Position numbers and translations under genes: made by a program. This document shows positions 1 through 6,262 of a DNA stretch of 12,400 nucleotides, piece by piece. Origin of the DNA: Candidatus Hermodarchaeota archaeon (GTDB lineage: Archaea; Asgardarchaeota; Hermodarchaeia; Hermodarchaeales; Hermodarchaeaceae); contig JAEOUH010000049.1 of assembly GCA_016839365.1 (NCBI GenBank), forward strand, positions 1 through 12,400. Reading direction: 5' to 3'. Position 1 is the stretch's first letter. Each line of letters opens with the position of its first letter. Below the pieces are notes generated by a model, which saw only the letters and a list, made by a program, of their open reading frames with translations, was not told the origin of the DNA and ran no database searches.

Positions 1-2
1 GC

Positions 3-587
3 TCCACGTTTTCCCCCAACATCCGAGTAACAACTGCAGGTACTTCTCTCTCCTATTGGCGACCAGGAGACTATTTCACAATGCGGACAGGACCCAATGG
101 CCGCGTTCACATCGTCTGGACCGATGGTCGAGGGCAAGATGAAGACATCTACTTTGCGAAACAAGATATAGCCAACCCCATCATCACCCATGTCCCTGTT
201 CAGGTCTGGTACCAAGACAGAGCCCTACCACTCACAGTATCAGCTACCGATGACGATTTCCTAGAATGGGTGACGTTGAATTTCAGAAACCCATCAAGTT
301 CAACATGGACCTCAAGAATAATGGAAAAAATTGGCGATTCCACATTTCAATATACTATTCCAGAATCGGGGCTCATGAGCCCAACAATAGAATACTACTT
401 TGTGGCTCGGGACGCAGCTGGACGCGATACTCGGCTTCCTGGTTCAGAATCAGACGCCTTTCTGATACTCATCCTGTCCTTCAATCCACTCCTGGTTGGC
501 ATGATTATTGGATCAACTTTCATCATAATCGGAGTAATCTTTGTCGCATATTGGTATCTCCGACGCACGCCAAATACCGATCATTAA
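3..587 (+). CDS. C-terminal part (5'-truncated by window edge) of a membrane-anchored BNR/exo-sialidase-like beta-propeller surface protein
   Basis: The frame is open from base 3 (STFSPNIRVTTAG...GDYFTMRTGPNGRVHIVWTDGRGQDEDIYFAKQ), typical BNR/Asp-box propeller blade text. It is followed by an Ig-like segment (PIITHVP...EYYFVARDAAG) and a C-terminal TM helix with basic tail (LLVGMIIGSTFIIIGVIFVAYWYLRR). Confidence 0.7.
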   Translation, partial: STFSPNIRVTTAGTSLSYWRPGDYFTMRTGPNGRVHIVWTDGRGQDEDIYFAKQDIANPIITHVPVQVWYQDRALPLTVSATDDDFLEWVTLNFRNPSSSTWTSRIMEKIGDSTFQYTIPESGLMSPTIEYYFVARDAAGRDTRLPGSESDAFLILILSFNPLLVGMIIGSTFIIIGVIFVAYWYLRRTPNTDH

Positions 588-709
588 TCTCCTTAGAATA
601 AACCCTATACGACAATCAAGTCCCTACTTACAGAATTCTAGGTTGTGAAGGCTAAGGCCAATCTTTGTATCAAAATACGAAATGGATTTGCTCTCTCTTT
701 CATGAAAAT

Positions 710-1510
710 CTACAAGACAAAGGATTTGAGGGGAGCTTTTTGCTTCTTAACTGGTCCTGCCCTCTTAGGTACCGGTTCGCCAAAGGGACATACATCCATA
801 CAAATCGAGCATTCAAGGTAGCTATGCGAAGATGGACGCGGAGTCAGTCGTTCTTCAAGATGCCGTACATCCTGAGGGACTTCAGGTGTATCAGGACACT
901 CAAGAGAATAGACTATGCAGTGGTTGATTTGGCACTTGTACGCTGATAGCGCTTGAGCGGGACATGCTTCCACACATTTAGTACAATCGCCACACAAATC
1001 GTCAAGGAATGGCTTATCCGCCTTTAATTCCGCATTAGTTAGCACAGCTATGAGATTTACGCGGGGTCCATGTTGCGGTGTAATCAGTAATGTGTTTTTT
1101 CCCTGCCAACCCAGCCCACATTGAACAGCAATAGGTTTCAGTGGAATCCCTACAGAATATTTGGCCTCAAACCCATTTTGTTGTAGGAAGTCAATAATCC
1201 TCCAAGCCTTGTTCTTCATAATTTCATACGTAAGAAAATATCCATGGAATGGATCAACAGACGACCCTTCCCCCAAATGAACGGAACGGGGTGCTATAAC
1301 ATTGAGGTTGAAAATTTGATCCCACAGGTGAAAGGCCATGATAATTATAGATCTGACCGAAGGAAGTTCCTCATCCGGACGTTGTAGCAGTCGGACCTGT
1401 CCTATCCAACCATGGGGAAGGTTCTCCAGCTTATCTGGATGAGTAATTCCAACGGCAGCGAATCCCACATCGTGTGCGAGCTGTTTAACTTGCTCTGTTA
1501 GTGTACTCAT
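710..1510 (-). CDS. QueG/reductive dehalogenase-like 2x[4Fe-4S] (probably cobalamin-binding) protein
   Basis: Motifs: GFAAVGIT N-terminus, KPIAVQCGLGWQGKNTLLITPQHGPRV, CGDCTKCVEACPAQAL and CSICMDVCPFG. ATG at 1510 is preferred over TTG at 1513. The QueG DYH catalytic motif is not visible, so no gene symbol is given. Confidence 0.85.
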   Translation of the reverse strand: MSTLTEQVKQLAHDVGFAAVGITHPDKLENLPHGWIGQVRLLQRPDEELPSVRSIIIMAFHLWDQIFNLNVIAPRSVHLGEGSSVDPFHGYFLTYEIMKNKAWRIIDFLQQNGFEAKYSVGIPLKPIAVQCGLGWQGKNTLLITPQHGPRVNLIAVLTNAELKADKPFLDDLCGDCTKCVEACPAQALSAYKCQINHCIVYSLECPDTPEVPQDVRHLEERLTPRPSSHSYLECSICMDVCPFGEPVPKRAGPVKKQKAPLKSFVL

Positions 1511-1528
1511 CAATATCTCGTCCTTTAT

Positions 1529-1777
1529 TTACCAATCAATGCGCTGAATCCGTTTCAAGTGAACAGCACGAGATTTGTGCTGCTGTGCATGTAACCAGGC
1601 TCGACGTTGAACGCTATTTGGAACCCAACTTCTTACATCTCTTCCTACATCATCACTTGTGACGAGTGAGGTATTCGGAACCATAATACCTGTAGAAGCG
1701 CTGGATAGGAGGCGCCTGCTTGCTCGCCGAATTCTGCCAAGGATGCTTCGTTTTCCATGAGGGTGTAATGCTTTCAT
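1529..1777 (-). CDS. 82-aa basic hypothetical protein, first gene of the operon with the QueG-like gene
   Basis: SD AGGTGG (1788-1783) lies 5 nt before ATG 1777. The stop is 18 nt from the QueG-like start, and the ORF fills an otherwise empty 380-nt gap. Confidence 0.65.
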   Translation of the reverse strand: MKALHPHGKRSILGRIRRASRRLLSSASTGIMVPNTSLVTSDDVGRDVRSWVPNSVQRRAWLHAQQHKSRAVHLKRIQRIDW

Positions 1778-1824
1778 ATTTACCACCTACTGGTCAGTTG
1801 ACTCGGTGCAGCATATCCTTTCTA

Positions 1825-1838
1825 CCGTCAAACGACGG
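1825..1838. promoter_or_regulatory. Candidate operator CCGTC-AAAC-GACGG upstream of the 82-aa/QueG-like operon
   Basis: Inverted repeat matching the core of the perfect palindrome at 2661-2680 at 12/14 positions. On the minus strand it is followed by AAAGGATAT at the same spacing as AATTTATAT at the other site. Confidence 0.6.
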
Positions 1839-1891
1839 AAGGCCATTAGAACACCAAATTCACTAGCGAAAAAATAGCGGACGTGAGATTG

Positions 1892-2614
1892 TCAGGTCAT
1901 AGCCGGAATAGCATGGCGCTGCTTAATCTCTAATGGGATATGCACATATAACTGTAAAAACGGCATCAAAGACGAAAGCAATTTACTTTCGGCTTTTTGC
2001 AGGTGCTCTTGAAACGTCGTACGCGGAATTCTCTTTTTAGCGGCTATGTCTTTCACGTTGGTCTGCCGCGGAAAATCATAATAGCCATTGGAGTGCGCTG
2101 TGACCAGTGCTGCAAGTTGTTTCTCTGTTAGGCCTGAAAATAAGGCATCCGCGGTAAGGGCTAGTGAGCTGGAAATTACTCCCTCAAAGGGGGCTTTCCG
2201 AATGATCTCATATTGGTAGCCTTTTTCATCAAACCGTTGGAAGAGTCGGTCAATATCCTCATGTTGAAAGACGATGGTCCGATAATATTCCCAGCCCTCA
2301 TCATGTACAACCGGTAACAGATGAAGAAGCTTAAGCTCATCAATCAGTTCCGATATGGTTCCCTCATACTGGCACGAGCACTGTTTTACAATAAGGTGAA
2401 TCCGCCCCTTTTCATAGGTTTGTTCCATAATTCCCTGTAACTGTGCCAGCTCTTCCATGACCTGTGCTTCACTATCCTGACTTACAGAAACAATTTCAAT
2501 CACGTCATGATCGCCATTGCACCAAAAATACATCTTCAGCGAGGGGAACCTTCGAGAGAAATTGCCATAGGGACAATCATGAATTACTTTGAAGACTAGT
2601 TCAAACAACGGCAT
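1892..2614 (-). CDS. Bacterio-opsin activator-like (HTH_10) transcriptional regulator
   Basis: C-terminal LTEKQLAALVTAHSNGYYDFPRQTNVKDIA...RTTFQEHLQKAESKL is the HTH_10 signature, and the N-terminus has HDCP. ATG 2614 fits the TATA position better than GTG 2635. Confidence 0.9.
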   Translation of the reverse strand: MPLFELVFKVIHDCPYGNFSRRFPSLKMYFWCNGDHDVIEIVSVSQDSEAQVMEELAQLQGIMEQTYEKGRIHLIVKQCSCQYEGTISELIDELKLLHLLPVVHDEGWEYYRTIVFQHEDIDRLFQRFDEKGYQYEIIRKAPFEGVISSSLALTADALFSGLTEKQLAALVTAHSNGYYDFPRQTNVKDIAAKKRIPRTTFQEHLQKAESKLLSSLMPFLQLYVHIPLEIKQRHAIPAMT

Positions 2615-2629
2615 TATGATGGCCTCATT

Positions 2630-2680
2630 CGTCACTATCGTGACGGTCCTAATATAAATTCACCCGTCATATGACGGGTG
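2630..2680 (-). promoter_or_regulatory. Promoter of the HTH_10 gene: TATA box (TTTATATT, 2658-2651) flanked by two inverted repeats
   Basis: A perfect 20-bp palindrome CACCCGTCATATGACGGGTG (2661-2680) lies directly upstream of the TATA. A second inverted repeat, CGTCAC-TATC-GTGACG (2630-2645), lies near the expected transcription start. Confidence 0.75.
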
Positions 2681-2709
2681 TGGTTAAGCACGTTTGAAAA
2701 ACGCCTTTT

Positions 2710-3378
2710 CTATTTGCTGAGGATGGTTTTGAACTCATCACAGAGCTTGGCGTTACGGAGGAGAACTCCGATATTTGCCACTAAATCTGAGAGGTAATTA
2801 ATTTCCCAAAGATCTGCTTCGCGGAAGATACCAGAAATGCCCTCGTTTTCTGGGGCTTTTCGCCACAATTCCATCCGAATGCCATCAAGCTGTTCAAAGA
2901 ACTGTCCCATCAGCTTCTTGAAGCCTGCAGGATCCTTGAGCTCTACTTCTAATAATTCTGGCAAGAGAACGCTAAGGCGTTTGATAATCCGTTCGCCTTT
3001 CTCCTTCTCCCACCACTTCTCTTTTTGCCTGTCTTCTCCGAGTACGAAGATGTTTGCGGTGCGGCAGAACAACTTCTCGGTCAAGCGGCTATCGTGTGGC
3101 TTTCGGTGTCCACACTCCATAATTAGCCCTGCATTCTCAAGGGCTTCAAGGTGCCGGTAGACCGTTTTGATGGTTTTATCATACGTTTCTTTGCTCGGAT
3201 TAAAGTACAAGGCGTGAACTTCTTTTACCGTGAGATTCTTCCCAATCATAGCCTTGATGATATCACTATATTCCTTAGCCACAGCTTCCTGCTCCTCTGA
3301 TAAGAAAATGATGGGTTCGGGGCGGGCTGTGAGAAAATCATCATAATCCTTTGGTTTCTCTTTCTCTATATGACCCAT
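2710..3378 (-). CDS. ArsR-like winged-helix transcriptional regulator (222 aa)
   Basis: wHTH pattern LTVKEVH...KTIKTVYRHLEALENAGLIMECGHR...TEKLFCRTA. The upstream extension to 3546 runs through AT-rich promoter DNA, so ATG 3378 is preferred. Confidence 0.8.
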   Translation of the reverse strand: MGHIEKEKPKDYDDFLTARPEPIIFLSEEQEAVAKEYSDIIKAMIGKNLTVKEVHALYFNPSKETYDKTIKTVYRHLEALENAGLIMECGHRKPHDSRLTEKLFCRTANIFVLGEDRQKEKWWEKEKGERIIKRLSVLLPELLEVELKDPAGFKKLMGQFFEQLDGIRMELWRKAPENEGISGIFREADLWEINYLSDLVANIGVLLRNAKLCDEFKTILSK

Positions 3379-3446
3379 ATTACATCTATCCTGTGGGTAA
3401 TTTACACGATCTTCTATGTTAGTTTTCAATTTAACATTGTCATGAA

Positions 3447-3465
3447 CGGTAATATTAATATACCG
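3447..3465. promoter_or_regulatory. Quasi-palindromic AT-rich core CGGTAATATTAATATACCG, candidate bidirectional TATA element
   Basis: AT-only core with CGGTA/TACCG arms, lying between divergent genes (3378 minus, 3602 plus). Confidence 0.5.
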
Positions 3466-3469
3466 GTTC

Positions 3470-3515
3470 GACATAATGATGACATAGTGTGACATCATAA
3501 TGACACTGAGCGTCA
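3470..3515. repeat. Four helically phased GACAY direct repeats, candidate operator array
   Basis: GACAT at 3470, 3481 and 3491, GACAC at 3502 (spacing 11, 10, 11). The last copy also forms TGAC-N7-GTCA (3501-3515). Confidence 0.6.
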
Positions 3516-3601
3516 ATAAGATGAGTATCGGGTCAATCAGCTGCAACCTTGCAGACGATCAAAAGCGAAACTGCACATTCACGCCAAGAGGTGAGGTAGA
3601 A

Positions 3602-3715
3602 ATGACACCCAAATCCAAAGGTGAGAACTGTAATGAACCTCACATTAACCTTGAGGAAGAAAATCACCGCAAGAATCGCATATTTGAATCATATATTCGG
3701 GAGCGAGTTCTTTAA
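3602..3715 (+). CDS. 37-aa small ORF / candidate leader peptide (MTPKSKGENCNEPHINLEEENHRKNRIFESYIRERVL)
   Basis: Consensus archaeal SD GAGGTGA at 3588-3594, 7 nt before ATG 3602, downstream of the candidate divergent promoter. Confidence 0.6.
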   Translation: MTPKSKGENCNEPHINLEEENHRKNRIFESYIRERVL

Positions 3716-4028
3716 GCCTGAAAGAACAACGCCACCAGAATCCGAGCAATTATCATCAGGCTCGATTAAGGTCGATTGTTGTTCGCAGGCCTAAGAACTC
3801 ATTTGAATATTCGCGGATGCCTGCGAAACTGATATCGGGAAATCTCACTAGCGAACCACGATAGAGCGCGAAGGCGAGAGCCTCTAATTCGACACACGAT
3901 TCGATTTGCCTTCTTCTTGCCTCCCTTTCAAAAACAACAACATGCAAGGGTATTCAAAGAGGCATCTTGGGAGAGATCTCCTTGGTGGAAGGGGCTTCTC
4001 TTCCTCTCCTTTTTTCTTTCGGATTCTG
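3693..4028 (+). ncRNA. Putative structured RNA element (cis-regulatory leader/3' UTR or sRNA), family not recognised
   Basis: Multiple complementary segments: 3705-3730 with 3778-3800 (8+5+7 bp), 3782-3790 with 3819-3827 (9 bp), 3736-3745 with 4019-4028 (10 bp), GAGA-tetraloop hairpin 3872-3883, 3918-3923 with 3959-3964, 3970-3975 with 4004-4009. No convincing long CDS in the interval. Confidence 0.5.
3969..4019 (+). terminator. Hairpin plus oligo-T tract, candidate intrinsic terminator/attenuator
   Basis: GGAGAG/CTCTCC outer stem and CTCCTT/AAGGGG inner stem, followed by TTTTTTCTTT (4010-4019). Confidence 0.5.
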
Positions 4029-4158
4029 AACCTGACTGTTCGGAAACAGGAATAGCTATGACTTGTTCAGCAGCTTTTCTGAACCTACCGGGAGCCATGA
4101 AATTATACGTACCAGACAGATATCAAAGACTCAATTCGTTTCGGAGTTCAGAAATACA

Positions 4159-5217
4159 ATGCGATACAAAGTCATTCTTCTCCTCGCTGTGTTGAGCCTC
4201 AGTTGTTGTAGTAGTTTAGCTCCTATTCACGTTTCAACACAGACGATAAGTGATGTCCATGTTTTGTTTGTTCTATCCGACGGATTTGGGTGGAGTTACT
4301 TCACAGCACAGAATATCTTCGATTCTTGGGGTGTTCAGACAACAACCGTTGCGCTAGCTATCGACACCAATGTTTCTGCCTGTCATAATCGACCACACCG
4401 AGAAACCACAGCGGACCTGCTACTCCAAGATTTTGATCTCAATTCATTAACTGATTATGATTGTGTTTTCATTCCCGCAGGCGGGAACTGGCCCACATTA
4501 ATTTCCAGCCAAACAGTGAGAACACTAATTTCAACCGCACACGCACAGGGGCTACTTGTGGCAACCTTCTGTATTGGAAATGTTGTTGTTGCCAGTGCAG
4601 GAACAATCTGCGCCAACACAAAGGTAGCGTCGTTTTCCATGTCTAATGATGAAATGATTGCCGTCGGCGCCAATATTGTTGACAACGTTCGACTAGTCTG
4701 CGATAACCACATAATCACCGGAAGTCAAGGTGGAGGACCTACAGGCGGCGGATATGAAACAGCCCCCATTTATGAGGCCTGTGCCATGGTGGTTAAAATG
4801 GCGTTAGGCTATTCCTTTGCCCAAAACATAGAGATTACGCCAGCGGGCTCTAACTACGCCGTTACAGTAACAACTACGGATCCCGCTAGCCAGCTACCTG
4901 GAATTAATTCTACTACTATTACCTCTGTAAGGGCACATGTCTATTCCCCAGCCAATCCAGTTACTCCAATAACAACAGTGAATTTAGATGAATCCAGTGG
5001 TACTTACACCGGGACGATTTTAGGACTGAGTGGCGGTCCTTATCGCGTAGACATTGAAATCATTGATACTGATCAAGTTCTCGAAGTTATCCGTGATGCT
5101 TCCACTGTTTTCCCTGGGTTACCTCTCCTTGTTGGAGGGGTTGTAATTGGAATTGTTGCCATTATTGCCATAGCCAGTGGGCTATTTTATTGGAAGCGAC
5201 GGTCCCCTCCTTCCTAA
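4159..5217 (+). CDS. Secreted, C-terminally membrane-anchored DJ-1/PfpI (class I GATase-like) family protein
   Basis: Signal-peptide-like MRYKVILLLAVLSLSCCSSLA; DJ-1 motifs VLFVLSDGF, DYDCVFIPAGG, ATFCIG and VCDNHIITG; Ser/Thr-rich beta-sandwich-like segment; TM helix plus WKRR. GGAG at 4143 supports ATG 4159. Confidence 0.8.
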   Translation: MRYKVILLLAVLSLSCCSSLAPIHVSTQTISDVHVLFVLSDGFGWSYFTAQNIFDSWGVQTTTVALAIDTNVSACHNRPHRETTADLLLQDFDLNSLTDYDCVFIPAGGNWPTLISSQTVRTLISTAHAQGLLVATFCIGNVVVASAGTICANTKVASFSMSNDEMIAVGANIVDNVRLVCDNHIITGSQGGGPTGGGYETAPIYEACAMVVKMALGYSFAQNIEITPAGSNYAVTVTTTDPASQLPGINSTTITSVRAHVYSPANPVTPITTVNLDESSGTYTGTILGLSGGPYRVDIEIIDTDQVLEVIRDASTVFPGLPLLVGGVVIGIVAIIAIASGLFYWKRRSPPS

Positions 5218-5225
5218 CCACGCAT

Positions 5226-5265
5226 GAAGGGCACTATCGATGCTGCTCTTCACCCTTTCTTTTTT
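5226..5265 (+). terminator. Hairpin plus T tract after the DJ-1/PfpI gene
   Basis: GAAGGGCA (5226-5233) pairs with TGCTCTTC (5244-5251), followed by CCCTTTCTTTTTT. Confidence 0.55.
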
Positions 5266-5315
5266 CAACTCGACGGATTCATATAGAATGAAAGGAACCG
5301 CGTCACGGATGTGGT

Positions 5316-5732
5316 TTGTTGTCAATTCAAGAAAAAGAGCAAATCCGTGAAACCCTTCGCCTCTTCTTTCTAGCCCAGGAAACAGGTGATGTAAAGCTCT
5401 TCTTAAGGGTATGGCATCCTGAAGCACGACGGTTTGGTTTCGGGTCCAACAACGAACTCTATATCTTCGGCACTGAAGATATCCTTGCCAACCAATTACA
5501 TGCCATTCGTCAAGCCAAGAATGAAGACCCAGATTTTTCTCTGACTTTTCTCATCACCCGCATCAAACACTTCGATGTCCAAAAAGACAACCTTATTGCG
5601 TCTGCCACCGTGGAATGGCAGATGCTCAGCATGGGTAAAAGTATCGGTGTGCACTATTCCCAATTTCATTTTGTTAAATCCGATAATGACTGGGTCATTG
5701 TCAATGTAACCGATCGGGGCAAAGAACTTTAG
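5316..5732 (+). CDS. NTF2-like / SnoaL-like (lumazine-binding-like) domain protein
   Basis: EKEQIRETLRLFF...GDVKLFLRVWHPEAR...IASATVEW...FHFVKSDNDWVIVN is a typical NTF2-fold pattern. TTG start (5316 or 5319). Confidence 0.8.
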   Translation: MLSIQEKEQIRETLRLFFLAQETGDVKLFLRVWHPEARRFGFGSNNELYIFGTEDILANQLHAIRQAKNEDPDFSLTFLITRIKHFDVQKDNLIASATVEWQMLSMGKSIGVHYSQFHFVKSDNDWVIVNVTDRGKEL

Positions 5733-5735
5733 TGT

Positions 5736-6071
5736 CTACTCAGGTGCCCGAGGAAGCTGTTTAACAATATTTAATCCCTCTTCGGTGAGTACAAACACTT
5801 CTCGATCGGTATCAGACTTCCTCCTAAGACACCCCTGTTTCTCAGCTGCTTCCTGTAATGCCACCGAAATGTTACTAATTTTATACGGCGACAAACGCAA
5901 CTGTTGCTGCACCATCGGTGCGGTTAACCCCTCTTCTGAAACATTACATCGTTGATAGAATGCCAAACAGCACAAGATTTCAGTCTCTGTCGCTGGTCGC
6001 ATCGATAAGAGAAACTCGGTCAACCTTAACGGTCGCGTTAATGTTGGCATCGGGGACGGCGTCTCATACAT
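5736..6071 (-). CDS. Hypothetical protein, probable winged-helix fold
   Basis: LTEFL...ILCCLAFY...NISVALQEA...GCLRR...FVLTEEGLNIVKQL resembles a wHTH with a wing LTxxG motif. The start is uncertain (ATG 6071 preferred, 6146 possible). Confidence 0.6.
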   Translation of the reverse strand: MYETPSPMPTLTRPLRLTEFLLSMRPATETEILCCLAFYQRCNVSEEGLTAPMVQQQLRLSPYKISNISVALQEAAEKQGCLRRKSDTDREVFVLTEEGLNIVKQLPRAPE

Positions 6072-6262
6072 CTCACAGGCTAATCTACGTAAACGTAACA
6101 AACAAACACTATGAGCTAAAAACTCCGATTCTGCAAGTCGAATCATGCGTGCTTCTACTAACCGCTCAATGGGTCTAAAACAAACACCACAACGCCTAGC
6201 TTCCTCATCCGACGTAGAATTCTCCTCCTCTGATGAAAGAAGGAAGAAAGAGGAGTAGCCTT

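Noticed and set aside
749-760. RAGP (SecM-like arrest motif) near the QueG-like C-terminus
   Set aside because: Four-residue match in a low-complexity tail, with no downstream co-oriented gene to regulate.
710-1510. Gene symbol queG or rdhA
   Set aside because: The fold family is clear, but the diagnostic catalytic motif and pathway context are missing.
3470-3515. CRISPR array or iteron origin
   Set aside because: Units are only 5 bp with a 10-11 bp period, with no spacers, cas genes or rep/cdc6 gene.
3862-3886. Archaeal SECIS-like hairpin (GAA followed by a GGC/GCC stem)
   Set aside because: It lacks the opposing A and a proper lower stem, and no neighbouring gene shows an in-frame UGA at a Cys-equivalent position.
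3650-4030. SRP RNA or RNase P RNA (about 300-nt structured gap with end-to-end complementarity)
   Set aside because: No SRP helix-8 motif and no RNase P P4 signatures (GAGGAAAGUCC-like / ACAGAA...GCUUA) recognisable on either strand.
4091-4115. Group II intron domain V-like text (GAGCC...GAAA...ACGTAC)
   Set aside because: It does not form the D5 helix, and there is no D6, GUGYG 5' end or reverse transcriptase.
3756-4195. ORFs 3756..3947 (-) and 3917..4195 (+)
   Set aside because: TTG starts without SD, no recognisable family, and overlap with the structured RNA/terminator and the DJ-1 start.
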